From Alphaproteobacteria bacterium (GTDB lineage: Bacteria > Pseudomonadota > Alphaproteobacteria > Bin95), in contig CBDBGH010000003.1 of the NCBI GenBank assembly GCA_965205265.1, positions 2,240,001-2,304,000 of the forward strand: 64,000 bases of DNA, read 5' to 3'. The notes beneath the pieces are model-generated. The model made no database searches and was not told where the DNA came from. It was given only the letters and a program-made list of their open reading frames with translations. Positions 38,720 through 49,833 of this stretch are shown piece by piece (the first letter of the stretch is position 1; every line of letters begins with the position of its first letter). Made by a program: the position numbers and the translations under genes.

Positions 38720-39967
38720 TTACTCTTCGAAGACCTGGACCGCCAGTCCCGCGCCGCGCGGGTCCGCATGGGCCCGGCAAGCCGGTCCGGGATTGCCCGG
38801 GTCCCAGGCCTGGCAGAGAATCGCCGCGGCAATGCCGGTCCGCCCGGAGCCGATCCCCGACGCCGCGCCGGCAAGGCGGATGTCGCCGCCGGACTCCAGG
38901 GTCACCAGAAACGGCGCAATCGCGGGGCCGGCCCGTCCCGCGCGCGCCGGAGCCGCAATCGCCATGCCGGCGCCCGCAGCCGCGCGGCCCACCCCGAAGG
39001 GCGCGTTCATGGTCAATCCGCAGGCGACCGCAAGCCCGTCGGCGTCCACCACAGCAAAGCCGGTCCCGTCCTCCGGCATGTCCTGCGCCCCGCCGTCCGG
39101 CGCGGCCGGGCCGCCGTCATCCTTGAGGAGCCGGCGCCAGAAGGCGGCCCGCTCCGGCCCCGCGCTCGCTTCCTCTGTGGCGAACCAGGCCCGCCACGGA
39201 TCGTCCGCGACGGGAACCGGCTCGCGCGCCGAGGGGACACCGCGTGCCAGCGCCGCCCCGTCGAGACGGTATCCGGCAGCCGTCGTGCCCCGCATCAGCC
39301 CTGCCGCTAGGGAGCCGGACCGGAGGGCAGCCGGACCGTCGAGGCGTATCCGTTGCAGCGCCCGCCCGAGTTCCGCCTGAACCAGCAGCGCCCCTTCCGC
39401 CAACGGCCGGCCGGGCAGCACCGCCCGCGCCCTGGCCGGGGCGGCCTCGATGTCCCGCGCGAAAGCCCGCGACACCCGGTGGCCGAGCAGCGCCAGCCGC
39501 TCCGCCGCCACCGGCACGGCACCCCAGCGCAGCTTGCCATGCGCGGCGTGCATGAGCGCCAGCCCTCTCACCAGCATGGGCGGCGGCGCCTCGCCCTCCC
39601 GGCTCTCGGGGTGAATGAAGGAATAGGCCCATCGATCGCCGTCTTCCGAATCGTTCACGAGGCAGACGCCGCCCGCCCACAGGCTGGCGCGGGACGGCAA
39701 GGTCACGGCAAGCGCCATGGCCAGCGCCGCCGCCGCATCGACGGCGGAACCGCCGGCTCTGAGAACGTCGCGCGCCGCGAGCGCGGCATTGGGCTCGCCG
39801 GCCGCGACGCTGCCGAGCCAGGTCTGGCGCGGCACGGCGGCCTGCTCGACGCCGGGCACGACCCCGCAGGCGCCCAGCAGAAGCGGGAACAGAAGCGCCG
39901 CCGCCGATTGACGACGGGGGAGCCGACGCCTAGCTTGCCCGCGACGCCTTGCGAGGTCGCCATCCAT
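38720..39967 (-). CDS. Gamma-glutamyltransferase-like lipoprotein (divergent)
   Basis: LLLGAC lipobox, GGSAVDAA, HGKLRW, FAVVDADG...TMNAPFG; start uncertain. Confidence 0.7.
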   Translation of the reverse strand: MDGDLARRRGQARRRLPRRQSAAALLFPLLLGACGVVPGVEQAAVPRQTWLGSVAAGEPNAALAARDVLRAGGSAVDAAAALAMALAVTLPSRASLWAGGVCLVNDSEDGDRWAYSFIHPESREGEAPPPMLVRGLALMHAAHGKLRWGAVPVAAERLALLGHRVSRAFARDIEAAPARARAVLPGRPLAEGALLVQAELGRALQRIRLDGPAALRSGSLAAGLMRGTTAAGYRLDGAALARGVPSAREPVPVADDPWRAWFATEEASAGPERAAFWRRLLKDDGGPAAPDGGAQDMPEDGTGFAVVDADGLAVACGLTMNAPFGVGRAAAGAGMAIAAPARAGRAGPAIAPFLVTLESGGDIRLAGAASGIGSGRTGIAAAILCQAWDPGNPGPACRAHADPRGAGLAVQVFEE

Positions 39968-41318
39968 GAGGCCCATGCGATCCCTTCTCTGCGGCCTCTT
40001 CGCCGCTTTGCTTGCATTTTCGGCTGCTGCGCCTTCCGAAGCCCGGTCCGTCGAACTGGTCCGCGACGCGGAGATAGAGGAAACGCTTCGCGTCTTTGCG
40101 GGTCCGGTCTTCGAAGCCGCCGGTCTTTCGCCGGAAAGCATACGCCTGCATCTCGTGAATAGCGACCAGGTGAACGCCTTCGTTTCCAACGGGATGCGCA
40201 TATTCCTGTACACGGGGCTGTTGCGGATCAGCGAGAGCCCCGGCCAGGTCATCGGCGTGATCGCGCATGAAACGGGCCATATCGTCGGCGGCCACCTGGC
40301 CCGGCTCAGGAAGGAGGCCGAGACGCGCACGACGCAGGCGATCCTCTCGACGGCGCTCGGCGCGGCTGCCGGCATCGCGACGGGGGACCCGCGCATCGCG
40401 CAGGCGCTGATATCGGGCGGCATCACGCTGGCCGAGCACGGCCTGCTGCGTCATTCCCGCACCGAGGAGTCGGCGGCCGACCAGGCGGCCTTGCAGTATC
40501 TCGACCGGGCGGAAGTCTCATCGCGGGGCTTCGCGGAATTCCTCGGGATTCTCGAGCACCGCGAAACGATCGCAGGAGGCGGCGGGGATATCTATCGACG
40601 CACCCACCCCCTCACCGAAGACCGTATCCGGATCGTGCGCGACCATGCGGCGCAATCCCGCTGGACCGGGAGGAAACTGCCGGACGACTTTCACCGCCGC
40701 CATGCCAGGATGGTCGCCAAGCTCGACGGATTTCTCAGTCCTCCCGAGGAGACGCTTGCGCGCTACGATGCCTCGGACAAGGGCGTTGCGGCGCGTTACG
40801 CCCGCGCCATCGCCTACTACCGCATCCCGAAGCTCCGCGAGGCGCTCGCCCTGATCGACGGGCTGATCGCCGAAGCGCCGAAAGACCCCTATTTTCGCGA
40901 ACTCCGGGGCCAGATGCTGTTCGAGAACGGGCGCGGCGCAGAGGCGCTCGAAGCCTACCGGCAGGCGGTTCTGCTCTCTCCCCATGCAGGCCTCATCCGC
41001 GTCGAGCTGGGCCGGGCCGCCATCGAGGTCGGTACGCGGGAGACGCTCGGGGAGGCTGTCCGCAACCTGCGCGAGGTCGTCCGCCGCACGCCCCGAAGCG
41101 CCAGCGGCTGGTACTGGCTCGGCATCGCCGAGGGCCGTTCGGGCCGACCGGACTTCGCAGACCTTGCGCTGGCCGAACACGCCATTCTCACGGGCGATGT
41201 CCACCGCGCCGCTTCGCTTGCCGGCCGCGCGGTCCGCAAGCTCCCGGAAAACTCCGCCGACTGGCACCGGGCGCAGGACATTCTCAACCGCATCAGGCCC
41301 GGCAAGGCGAAGAATTAG
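39966..41318 (+). CDS. M48 metalloprotease with TPR repeats (BepA-like)
   Basis: Signal peptide, VNAF, HETGH, ESAAD, THP; TPR-like C-terminus. Confidence 0.92.
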   Translation: MRPMRSLLCGLFAALLAFSAAAPSEARSVELVRDAEIEETLRVFAGPVFEAAGLSPESIRLHLVNSDQVNAFVSNGMRIFLYTGLLRISESPGQVIGVIAHETGHIVGGHLARLRKEAETRTTQAILSTALGAAAGIATGDPRIAQALISGGITLAEHGLLRHSRTEESAADQAALQYLDRAEVSSRGFAEFLGILEHRETIAGGGGDIYRRTHPLTEDRIRIVRDHAAQSRWTGRKLPDDFHRRHARMVAKLDGFLSPPEETLARYDASDKGVAARYARAIAYYRIPKLREALALIDGLIAEAPKDPYFRELRGQMLFENGRGAEALEAYRQAVLLSPHAGLIRVELGRAAIEVGTRETLGEAVRNLREVVRRTPRSASGWYWLGIAEGRSGRPDFADLALAEHAILTGDVHRAASLAGRAVRKLPENSADWHRAQDILNRIRPGKAKN

Positions 41319-41367
41319 TACTGGCGGCCCCCGCGTTCGCGGGGGCAGACGCACAAGACAAGGAGGG

Positions 41368-42450
41368 ATGATGGGCAACTCCGGGAAGGCGATGGCGCGC
41401 GCTCGCGAGTTCGCCGATGCGCATGGCCTTCAGGCGCCGATATTGCTGGCGCCGATGGCCGGAGCCTGTCCGGCTTCATTGTCGATCGCCGTAGCGAACG
41501 GAGGCGGAATGGGCGCCTGCGGCGTGTTGATGATGAGCGCCGGGCAGATTGCCGACTGGGTCCGTGAAATGCGCTCGGGGTCGAACGGCGCCTTCCAGCT
41601 CAACACCTGGATTCCGGACCCCGATCCGGAGCGGGATCCAGACCATGAGCGCTCGGTCCGCGAGTTCCTGTCCTGCTGGGGTCCGGCGGCGCCGGAAGAC
41701 GCGGCCGACACGCCGCCGCCCGACTTCGCCGGTCAGTGCGAGGCGATGCTCGACGCCGGGCCCGCCGCGATCTCGTCCATCATGGGCCTTTATCCTCCGG
41801 AATTCGTCTCCCGAATGAAGCAGCGCAAGATCCGCTGGTTCGCGACCGCCACCACCGTCGCCGAAGCGGTCATGGCCGAAGAGGCCGGCGCCGACGTCAT
41901 CGTGGCGCAGGGCATGGAGGCGGGCGGTCATCGGGGCGCATTCGACGGAGCCGATGCCGGGCCGAACATGGTCGGCCTGTTTTCGCTCGTGCCGGCTGTT
42001 GTGGACGCCGTCCGGACGCCGGTTGTCGCCACCGGAGGCATCGCCGACGCCAGAGGGGTTTCCGCCGCGCTTCTTCTCGGCGCTTCCGCCGTCCAGATCG
42101 GCACGGGGTTTCTGCGTGCGCCGGAAGCGAAACTCCCGTCGGCATGGGCGGCTGCGCTCGGCGATGTCCGGCCTGAGGACACCATCGCCACCCGCGCGTT
42201 TTCGGGACGCCTCGGTCGAAGCATCCGTACCCGATACGCGATCGCAGCGGCGTCTCCGGAAGCGCCGGCGCCGGCGCCATATCCGATCCAGCGGCATCTC
42301 ACACAGGCGATGCGAAGCGAAGCCGCCAGGACCGACGACCTTGCCGGCATGCAGGCCTGGGCCGGTCAGTCAGCCAGGCTTGCGCCCACAGCTTCAGCTA
42401 CGGATACGACCATCGCTCTCTGGGAGGAGGTCCAGTCCATTCTCGATTGA
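41368..42450 (+). CDS. Nitronate monooxygenase family flavoprotein
   Basis: APMAG, AQGMEAGGHRG, GGIAD, AVQIGTGF. Confidence 0.9.
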   Translation: MMGNSGKAMARAREFADAHGLQAPILLAPMAGACPASLSIAVANGGGMGACGVLMMSAGQIADWVREMRSGSNGAFQLNTWIPDPDPERDPDHERSVREFLSCWGPAAPEDAADTPPPDFAGQCEAMLDAGPAAISSIMGLYPPEFVSRMKQRKIRWFATATTVAEAVMAEEAGADVIVAQGMEAGGHRGAFDGADAGPNMVGLFSLVPAVVDAVRTPVVATGGIADARGVSAALLLGASAVQIGTGFLRAPEAKLPSAWAAALGDVRPEDTIATRAFSGRLGRSIRTRYAIAAASPEAPAPAPYPIQRHLTQAMRSEAARTDDLAGMQAWAGQSARLAPTASATDTTIALWEEVQSILD

Positions 42451-42523
42451 GTGCGCCTGAACGGGGCGCGGGCCTTCGCAATGCCACAGCCGGCTTTCAT
42501 CGCCGCCGCGGCTCCGCCGGGCG

Positions 42524-42883
42524 TCACCCGCGCGGCGCGCCCCCGAGCTGCCGGCCGCCGACTATGTGCGCGTGCAGATGCGGCACTTCCTGGTTGCCGT
42601 GGCGGCCGTTATTGACGGTCGCCCGGTAGCCGCCGTCGGTGACGCCCTCGGCCTCTGCGACCGCCGCCATGGCGCGCACCCAGTCGGCCAGTTCGGCGTC
42701 GCTGCCCTTCTCGGCGAACTCGTGCAGCGTCTCGTAGCGGCCCCTGGGGATCACCAGCACATGGGTCGGGGCCTTCGGCGCAATGTCGCGAAAGGCGAGC
42801 GCCCGGTCGTTCTCATACACCTTGTCGCAGGGAATCTCGCCCCGCAGGATACGCGCAAAGATATTGTCGTCGTCATAGCTCAT
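42524..42883 (-). CDS. HIT-family nucleotide-binding protein
   Basis: NIFARILRGEIP, HLHAH triad. Confidence 0.93.
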   Translation of the reverse strand: MSYDDDNIFARILRGEIPCDKVYENDRALAFRDIAPKAPTHVLVIPRGRYETLHEFAEKGSDAELADWVRAMAAVAEAEGVTDGGYRATVNNGRHGNQEVPHLHAHIVGGRQLGGAPRG

Positions 42884-43194
42884 GGGGATCGCTCGCTTGC
42901 ATCGGGTTTGCCTTCTCGCCGGGCCAGCGCGGCGCGCACATCGTCCGGCGCGATGCCCGCATCGGCCCAGAGCACCAGCAGGTGGTAAAGCAGGTCGGCG
43001 CTTTCCTCGACCAGCCGGTCCCGGTCGCCGCGCACCGCTTCGATGACCGTCTCGACGGCTTCCTCGCCCACCTTCTGCGCAATCTTCCCGCGTCCCAGCA
43101 GGAAGTAGCGCGCGGTGCGCGAGGTTTCCGGGTCGGCGCCGCGCCGGCTTTCGATGACCGCGTAAAGCCGGTCGAGAATATCCGTCTCGTTCAT
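42880..43194 (-). CDS. hisE: Phosphoribosyl-ATP diphosphatase
   Basis: [16 protein letters not shown]. Confidence 0.95.
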   Translation of the reverse strand: MNETDILDRLYAVIESRRGADPETSRTARYFLLGRGKIAQKVGEEAVETVIEAVRGDRDRLVEESADLLYHLLVLWADAGIAPDDVRAALARREGKPDASERSP

Positions 43195-43961
43195 GCGCGG
43201 GGCTCCGGGCGCACCGGGATGCCGGCCGCCGCCATGGACCGCTTGGCGTCCGCGATGCTGTAGATGCGGTCGTGGAAGATCGAGGCGGCAAGCACGGCCG
43301 AGGCGCGGCCGTCGGCCACGCCCTCCGCCAGATGGTCGAGCGAGCCGACCCCGCCCGACGCAATGACAGGCACCGGCACCGCATCGGCGACCGCGCGCGT
43401 GAGCTCCAGGTCGTAGCCGTCCTTCGTGCCGTCCCGGTCCATGGAGGTCAGCAGGATTTCCCCAGCGCCGAGCGAGACCATGCGCTCCGCCCAGCCGACC
43501 GCCTCTATGCCGGTCGGGCGGCGCCCGCCATGGGTGAAAACCTCCCACCGGCCGGGCCCTGTGCGCTTCGCATCGACCGCAACCGTAATGCACTGCGTGC
43601 CGAACTTGCGCGCGGCCTCCCGCACGAATTCCGGGCGGGCGACCGCGGCCGTGTTTATGGAGACCTTGTCCGCGCCGGCCAGCAGCAGGTTGCGGATGTT
43701 CTCCACCGTGCGGATTCCGCCGCCCACGGTCACCGGCATGAAGCAGCGGTCGGCGGTGCGGCGCACCACGTCGAGGATCGTGTCGCGCTGCTCGTGGCTT
43801 GCGGTGATGTCGAGGAAGCAGAGCTCGTCCGCGCCCGATGCGTCGTAGAACTGCGCCTGCTCCACGGGATCGCCCATATCGCGCAGGTCCACGAAATTGA
43901 CGCCCTTCACCACCCTGCCGGCGTCCACGTCCAGGCACGGGATGACGCGCACGGTCAGCAT
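43191..43961 (-). CDS. hisF: Imidazole glycerol phosphate synthase cyclase subunit
   Basis: [29 protein letters not shown]. Confidence 0.97.
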   Translation of the reverse strand: MLTVRVIPCLDVDAGRVVKGVNFVDLRDMGDPVEQAQFYDASGADELCFLDITASHEQRDTILDVVRRTADRCFMPVTVGGGIRTVENIRNLLLAGADKVSINTAAVARPEFVREAARKFGTQCITVAVDAKRTGPGRWEVFTHGGRRPTGIEAVGWAERMVSLGAGEILLTSMDRDGTKDGYDLELTRAVADAVPVPVIASGGVGSLDHLAEGVADGRASAVLAASIFHDRIYSIADAKRSMAAAGIPVRPEPRA

Positions 43962-44689
43962 TCGCCGCCCGCCGCAATGCGCAGCGCCGTCGCCGGGTCG
44001 ATCCGCCCGTCATAGAGCGCGCGCCCGCAGATCACCCCTTCTATGCCCGAGTCCCGCTCGGCGTAGATCGCCCGGAGGTCGTCATGGTCCGCCACGCCGC
44101 CCGAGGCGATAACCGGGGTGGTCAGCGCCCAGGCCAGGTCCACCGTCGCGTCCATGTTGACGCCGCCGAGCGCGCCGTCGCGGGCGATATCGGTGAACAC
44201 GATGGCCGCGACGCCGGCGTCCTCGAAGCGGAGCGCGAGATCGAGTGCGGGGGTTTCCGAGGTCTCCGTCCAGCCCCTGGTAGCGACCATGCCGTCGCGC
44301 GCATCGATGCCCACGACAATCCGGTCCGGGAACCGGCGGCAGGCGGTGCGGACGAGCTCCGGGTCGTTCAGCGCCACCGTGCCGAGCACGACCCGGCGCA
44401 CGCCCTTGCCCAGCCACATCTCGACCGTCGCCATGTCGCGGATGCCGCCGCCGAGCTGGACCGGCAGATCGACGGCGCCGAGCACGGCCTCGACGGCCTC
44501 GGCATTGACCGGCTCGCCTTCGACTGCGCCGTTCAGGTCCACCAGATGCAGCCAGGCGAATCCCGCCGCCGCGAACCGTCCGGCCTGGTCGGCAGGATCG
44601 TCGTTGAACACCGTCACCCGGCCCATATCGCCCTGGACGAGGCGCACGCAGGAGCCGTCCTTGAGGTCGATGGCCGGGTAAACGATCAT
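43955..44689 (-). CDS. hisA: ProFAR isomerase
   Basis: [30 protein letters not shown]. Confidence 0.97.
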   Translation of the reverse strand: MIVYPAIDLKDGSCVRLVQGDMGRVTVFNDDPADQAGRFAAAGFAWLHLVDLNGAVEGEPVNAEAVEAVLGAVDLPVQLGGGIRDMATVEMWLGKGVRRVVLGTVALNDPELVRTACRRFPDRIVVGIDARDGMVATRGWTETSETPALDLALRFEDAGVAAIVFTDIARDGALGGVNMDATVDLAWALTTPVIASGGVADHDDLRAIYAERDSGIEGVICGRALYDGRIDPATALRIAAGGEC

Positions 44690-45228
44690 CAGTCGCGCCG
44701 TTTTCCCGGAGGCGGCACGTCCTTGTAGAAGTAGATGCCCGGCACCCATTCGCCGCGGACATGGGCGTATTTCGGGTGGACCCCCCAACGCCGGTAGCCG
44801 AGCGTTTCATACATGGCTATCGCCTGGGTCTGGGTTTCCCGCACATCGAGATTGATGACCCTGAAGCGGCGCCGCCGCGCCTCCTGTTCCACGGCGTTCA
44901 TCAGCAGGCTGCCGACGCCCAGGCCGCGCGCCCAGGGGGCCACGAAAAGATGCTGCACGGCGGTAATGGACTTCTGGGCCTCGTTGTTGCGCGGCGGCGC
45001 CACCATCTGCACGGAGCCGCAGATCGCGCCCGACCGCCGGGCGACGAACAGGCTGCGTTCCGGCACCAGCAGCACGCCCTCCCAGTAGCGCTCGAGCCAG
45101 TCGCGTTTCGGCGGGGACACGAAGCCGAAGCCGCCGCCGTCCAGTATCGCCGCGTCGGTCGCCTCGCAGAGATCGAACAGGTCGGTCCCTTCGAGCGACT
45201 TGAGGAGTTCTACCCGAATGTCCTTCAT
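44689..45228 (-). CDS. GNAT N-acetyltransferase
   Basis: [12 protein letters not shown] acetyl-CoA motif; [10 protein letters not shown]. Confidence 0.88.
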   Translation of the reverse strand: MKDIRVELLKSLEGTDLFDLCEATDAAILDGGGFGFVSPPKRDWLERYWEGVLLVPERSLFVARRSGAICGSVQMVAPPRNNEAQKSITAVQHLFVAPWARGLGVGSLLMNAVEQEARRRRFRVINLDVRETQTQAIAMYETLGYRRWGVHPKYAHVRGEWVPGIYFYKDVPPPGKRRD

Positions 45229-45229
45229 C

Positions 45230-45871
45230 TCAGGGCCGCCAATCGAGGAAGTTCGCGATGAGACGCAATCCATATACCTGGCTCTTCTCGGGATGGAATT
45301 GCGTGCCGATCAAATTGCCGCAACCGACAACGGCGGCGAAGCGCCCGCCATGGTCGCTCTCGGCCAGCATGTGGTCCTGCTCTGCCGGCTCGAACCGGTA
45401 GGAATGCACGAAATAGACATGGCCGCCGTTTTCGAGGCCGGCCAGCACGGGATGGTCGGCCACCGCCGACAGGCCGTTCCAGCCCATATGCGGCACCTTG
45501 AGGGCCGGGTCGCCGGGCTCCAGCGCCACGACGCTGCCGGGCAGCCAGCCGAGGCCCTCATGCACGCCGTGCTCCAGCCCCCGCTCGGCCATCAGCTGCA
45601 TGCCGACGCAGATGCCGAGGAAGGGCCGGCCGCGCGCGACCACAGCCTCCTCGAGCGCCTCCACCATGCCGTCGAGGCCGAACAGGCCCGCGCGGCAGTC
45701 GCCGAAGGCGCCGACGCCGGGCAGCACGATCCGGTCGGCGGCGGCCACCCTGTCGGGGTCGGCCGTCACCGCCACCGGGCCCCGGCCGCCGTTTTCGTCG
45801 AGCGCACGCGCAAACGCCTTTTCCGCCGAGCGGAGATTGCCGGACCCGTAATCGACAATGGCGGTGCTCAC
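45230..45871 (-). CDS. hisH: Imidazole glycerol phosphate synthase glutaminase subunit
   Basis: DYGSGNL, PGVGAF, GICVGMQ, QFHPEKS. Confidence 0.96.
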   Translation of the reverse strand: MSTAIVDYGSGNLRSAEKAFARALDENGGRGPVAVTADPDRVAAADRIVLPGVGAFGDCRAGLFGLDGMVEALEEAVVARGRPFLGICVGMQLMAERGLEHGVHEGLGWLPGSVVALEPGDPALKVPHMGWNGLSAVADHPVLAGLENGGHVYFVHSYRFEPAEQDHMLAESDHGGRFAAVVGCGNLIGTQFHPEKSQVYGLRLIANFLDWRP

Positions 45872-46230
45872 GGCGCCGACCGGGCGCGGAACCGCGCCTC
45901 GGCCTCGCCGGCATTCCGCCCGGCCGCGAGCGCGGTTTCGGCGAAGCCGCGCCTGGCGAGGCGCCGCCGCGCGAATTCGTTGCCCTCGAAACCGGCCGTC
46001 AGCGCAATGAGCAGCAGCAGCGGCAGCGACAGCCAGAAGGACGCGCCCGGAAGAAGGGCCGCAGCACCAAGCGCCGCCAGCAGCGCCGCCGCAACCGCCC
46101 AGTCGCCGCGCCAGGCCGCCCAGAGCGGCCCGAAGAGGAGCGCCGGCCAGCAGAAGCCCTCCTTGACGGCGCGAATTTCGGATTCCTCGAGGACGCCCCG
46201 GCTGCGGCGGTGGATCGTGTAGATGCGCAT
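45868..46230 (-). CDS. DUF2628-like membrane protein
   Basis: VKEGFCWPALLFGPLW; usual position between hisB and hisH. Confidence 0.8.
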   Translation of the reverse strand: MRIYTIHRRSRGVLEESEIRAVKEGFCWPALLFGPLWAAWRGDWAVAAALLAALGAAALLPGASFWLSLPLLLLIALTAGFEGNEFARRRLARRGFAETALAAGRNAGEAEARFRARSAP

Positions 46231-46238
46231 TGCGGCGC

Positions 46239-46826
46239 TCAGAGGCTGCCCTTGGTGGAGGGCACGGCGTCGCTCCGGCGCGGATCGATCTCCACGGCCG
46301 CCCTGAGCGCGCGGGCCAGCGCCTTGAAGCAGGCCTCGACGATATGGTGCGTATTGGCGCCGTAAAGGCACTCCACATGCAAGGTGGCGCCGGCATGCTG
46401 CGAAAAGGCCTGGAACCATTCCCGGAACAGCTCCGTGTCCATGATGCCGAGCTTCTCGGTCGGCATCTCCACATGCCAGATGAGGTAGGGCCGGTTGGAC
46501 AGGTCGAGCGCGACCCGCACCAGGGCCTCGTCCATGGGCACATAGGCATGGCCGTAGCGCCTTATGCCCTTCCGGTCGCCGAGCGCGGCGGACACGGCCT
46601 GCCCGACGGCGATGCCGGTGTCTTCCGTGGTGTGGTGGGCGTCGATGTGCAGGTCGCCCTTCGCGGCGATGTCGAGATCGACAAGGCCGTGCCGGGCCAG
46701 CTGTTCCAGCATGTGGTCGAGGAAGCCGACGCCGGTCGAGACGCTGTAGCGGCCCTCGCCGTCCAGGCGGACCCGGACATCGATCTCGGTTTCGGTCGTT
46801 TTCCGCGCTATCGACGCTTCGCGCAT
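46239..46826 (-). CDS. hisB: Imidazoleglycerol-phosphate dehydratase
   Basis: [28 protein letters not shown]. Confidence 0.97.
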   Translation of the reverse strand: MREASIARKTTETEIDVRVRLDGEGRYSVSTGVGFLDHMLEQLARHGLVDLDIAAKGDLHIDAHHTTEDTGIAVGQAVSAALGDRKGIRRYGHAYVPMDEALVRVALDLSNRPYLIWHVEMPTEKLGIMDTELFREWFQAFSQHAGATLHVECLYGANTHHIVEACFKALARALRAAVEIDPRRSDAVPSTKGSL

Positions 46827-46898
46827 GGGAGCCGGCCCTCGGGGATGTGCGTTGCCGCGTCCTTTTAGAGCATGGGCCCCGCGTTTTGAACCGGGGCC

Positions 46899-48446
46899 TC
46901 AGGCCATGCCGACGGGTTCGTCGAACGCTTCCAGAACCTCGCCCGGCCGCGCATGCAGCATCTCCTCCAGCTCGCCCCGGAGCGCGGCCGCGCCCGGATC
47001 GTCGAAGCGGTTGTCCATTTCATGCGGATCGCCCGAGAGGTCGTAAAGCTCGCCCGCGCCGGAACCCAGCTCCAGGGTCAGCTTCGCGGTCTTCGTGCGC
47101 ACCGTGCGCAGTTCCAGCGGCACGCCGCAGCGGCTCGCATTCACACTCCACTCGCTGTAGGCCACCTCGCGCCCGGCGCCGGGCGCATCCTCGAACAAGC
47201 CGCGCAGGCTCTCGGACTGGGCGCGCTCGTCGAGCGCCGTGCCGCCGTAATCGCAGAAGGTGGCGGCGAGGTCGAGCGTCGAGACCGGATCCGCCGCCTT
47301 GCGCCCGGCGGGAATGCCGGGGCCGCGGGCGATGAGGCCGACGCGCAAGAGCGCTTCGTAGGGAGTCGGCCCCTTCAGGTAGAGGCCGTGGTCGCCCAGC
47401 AGGTCGCCGTGGTCGGTGGAATACACGACGACGGTATTGCCGCGCATGCCCAGCCGGTCGATCTCGATCAGGATGCGCCCGACGGAATGGTCGATCAGCG
47501 AGACCATGCCGTAATAATTCGCCGTCATCTCGCGCAGTTGCGCTTCGGTCTGGTCCGGCACGCGCGAGAGCTTGGCGCGGAAATCGCGGAGGCCGGGGTC
47601 AGCGAGCACGGGCTCGCTCTCCAGCGAGGCGCGGTGCCACCAGGGGCGGCGGTCGAGGTCCTTCCGGCCTTCCACCGGCAGCTCCACCTCGTCCGGATGG
47701 TGGAGCAGGCTCCAGGGTTCCGGGCAGTCGAACGGGTGGTGCGGGTCCGGGAAGGACACCCAGGCGCAAAAGGGCGTCTCCGGCTTGCGGTTCTGCAGCC
47801 ATTCGATGGTGCGGTCGGCGCACCAGGCGCTGCTGTGCGCCGCGGCCGGCATGCCGGAGCTCCATGTCTGCGCCGCGCCCGCGCCCGGCCGGGTCTCGGC
47901 CGCCCAGAGGTCGAAGATGTCGGGATAGCCCGACTCCTCGAACGCCCAGCGCTCGAAATGCTGGCCGCTCGGCGGTGTCACCGCGGCCCTGCGGTGGTGG
48001 AACCAGTGCCCCAGCACCATCAGCTCGACATGGCTGAAACCCATATAGGGCCCGAACCAGGACGGGTCGAAATCCGCCGTGCTGTGGGCGCATTCCGGCG
48101 TGCCGGTCGGCGCGAAGGTGCTGCTGGTCGCGAAATGAGCCTTGCCGATGAAGGCCGTGTCGTAGCCTTGGGCGTTCAGCGCCGTCGCGAAGCCGCGCTC
48201 GCCCGTCTCCGGGCGCAGGTCGATGCCGTTGTCGGCGACGCCGTGGGTCAGCGGCAAAAGCCCCGTCAGCATGGAGGCCCGCGAGGGCTGGCACACCAGG
48301 TTCGGCGTGATGCAGGCGTCGAAATGCGTCCCTTCCGCCGCCAGCCGGTCCAGATGCGGCGTCTTCACGCGCCGCCCGGCAAAGCCGTAGCAGTCGGCGC
48401 GCTGCTGGTCGGAGGTGATGAAGAGGATGTTCGGCCGGTCGGACAT
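46899..48446 (-). CDS. Formylglycine-dependent sulfatase
   Basis: PNILFITSDQQR, CQPSR (CxPxR), GKAH, DHGD. Confidence 0.93.
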   Translation of the reverse strand: MSDRPNILFITSDQQRADCYGFAGRRVKTPHLDRLAAEGTHFDACITPNLVCQPSRASMLTGLLPLTHGVADNGIDLRPETGERGFATALNAQGYDTAFIGKAHFATSSTFAPTGTPECAHSTADFDPSWFGPYMGFSHVELMVLGHWFHHRRAAVTPPSGQHFERWAFEESGYPDIFDLWAAETRPGAGAAQTWSSGMPAAAHSSAWCADRTIEWLQNRKPETPFCAWVSFPDPHHPFDCPEPWSLLHHPDEVELPVEGRKDLDRRPWWHRASLESEPVLADPGLRDFRAKLSRVPDQTEAQLREMTANYYGMVSLIDHSVGRILIEIDRLGMRGNTVVVYSTDHGDLLGDHGLYLKGPTPYEALLRVGLIARGPGIPAGRKAADPVSTLDLAATFCDYGGTALDERAQSESLRGLFEDAPGAGREVAYSEWSVNASRCGVPLELRTVRTKTAKLTLELGSGAGELYDLSGDPHEMDNRFDDPGAAALRGELEEMLHARPGEVLEAFDEPVGMA

Positions 48447-48625
48447 GGCGCCTCGCCTCGGGGGAGTGGGATGGATCCTATATACACGACTCGGCCTATG
48501 GCTCCGTATTCGCTCTAACGCCGGGTCCGATGGCGTATCGCACCGCTGCAATCCGGACAGGCATTGACGAAACAGACGGTATAGACCAATATCGGAGTGG
48601 AGCTTCCTTGCCCTGGAGGACTGCC

Positions 48626-49225
48626 ATGGCCCGGACCGGCAAAGAGAAGGTGCACGTGCTGGAGGGCGTGCTGCATGAGGCGGCAAGCCATCTGAGGCCC
48701 GCGCATGTGGCGGCGTTGGTCGCCCATCCCGATGCCGTGCGCTCGGCGCTGGCCGTTGCAGCCGACGTGCTGACGATGGACGACGAGGCGCGGTCCGGAG
48801 TCGAAACGATCGCGGGCGTCGAGCCTGTCCGCGTGGGAGCCGAAGAAGCGGCTTGGCGGATGGCGGAGCGCACGCGTGCGGGTGCGCCCGAGACGCTGCT
48901 GACCTCGGACGAGATGGCCGAGCGGGTCGGGCTCAAGACCCGCCAGTCGGTGCATGATTGGCTGAAGAAGGGCCGGATCGTGGGCTGGCGGCGCGCCAGG
49001 CGCGGCCATATCTTTCCGGCGAGGCAGCTCGATGAACGGGGCCGGCCGCTTGACGGCCTCGACCGCGTGATGGGGCTGTTCAACGACGGCTATGCCGCCT
49101 GGGTCTGGCTCACGACGGAACTCCCCTCGCTCGATGGCGCGACGCCGCTGGCGCTGCTGTCCGGGGGCGAGGTCGACCGTGTGGCAAAGGCTGCGGAGGG
49201 AGACCGGCAGGGCGACTTTGCGTGA
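48626..49225 (+). CDS. Xre/MbcA/ParS-type antitoxin with HTH
   Basis: HTH segment TRQSVHDW; C-terminal WLTTELPSLDGATPLALL. Confidence 0.82.
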   Translation: MARTGKEKVHVLEGVLHEAASHLRPAHVAALVAHPDAVRSALAVAADVLTMDDEARSGVETIAGVEPVRVGAEEAAWRMAERTRAGAPETLLTSDEMAERVGLKTRQSVHDWLKKGRIVGWRRARRGHIFPARQLDERGRPLDGLDRVMGLFNDGYAAWVWLTTELPSLDGATPLALLSGGEVDRVAKAAEGDRQGDFA

Positions 49226-49815
49226 CCGGGGGCTACGATCTGGACCGGTTGCGCTCACGGCTGTCCGTCATCCGTCTCGGGCGTGTTTTCCGCGCGATCC
49301 ATTGCGACCGCCGCTCGACCCCGTTGGGGGCGGCGCCTGCGCCGAGCCGGTTCAGCGACCCGCGGGGATGCTATGCGGTCATGTATGCGTCGGATGCGGT
49401 GTGGTGCGTGTTCTGGGAGACTCTGGGGCGCAACCGCTTCGCGCGCCGGCGGCGGCGCGAACTCCCGCGGGCCGAAGTCGAGGTCCGGCTGGTGGTGTCG
49501 ATGTCCTCGACCGAACCGCTCGCCCTGGTTGACCTGCGCGGCGACGGGCCGGTGCGTATCGGGGCGCCAAGCGCGGTGGCGCATGACGGCAACCACGCGG
49601 CGGGCCGCGCCCTGTCGGCGGCCGTCTATGCAGGCGTGCCGGAAGCGGATGGATTGGTGTACCCGTCGCGATTCACCGGCGATACCTGTGTCGCTGTATT
49701 CGACCGGGCTTTCGGCAAATTGAGGCTGCTCGGCATCGACGAGCTTGTCCGCCACGCGGCGTTTCTGAATGCCCTCGAAGACTACGGTATCGTGCTGACG
49801 GAACCGCCGGGATAG
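49222..49815 (+). CDS. RES-domain toxin (NAD+ phosphorylase family)
   Basis: SRFSDP, MYAS...WE, LVDLR, DGLVYPSR. Confidence 0.88.
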   Translation: MTGGYDLDRLRSRLSVIRLGRVFRAIHCDRRSTPLGAAPAPSRFSDPRGCYAVMYASDAVWCVFWETLGRNRFARRRRRELPRAEVEVRLVVSMSSTEPLALVDLRGDGPVRIGAPSAVAHDGNHAAGRALSAAVYAGVPEADGLVYPSRFTGDTCVAVFDRAFGKLRLLGIDELVRHAAFLNALEDYGIVLTEPPG

Positions 49816-49833
49816 CGGGGATAGGAGTGCCGA

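Noticed and set aside
44689-46230. GNAT and DUF2628 genes inside the his operon
   Set aside because: Such insertions are common in alphaproteobacterial his clusters; not unusual.
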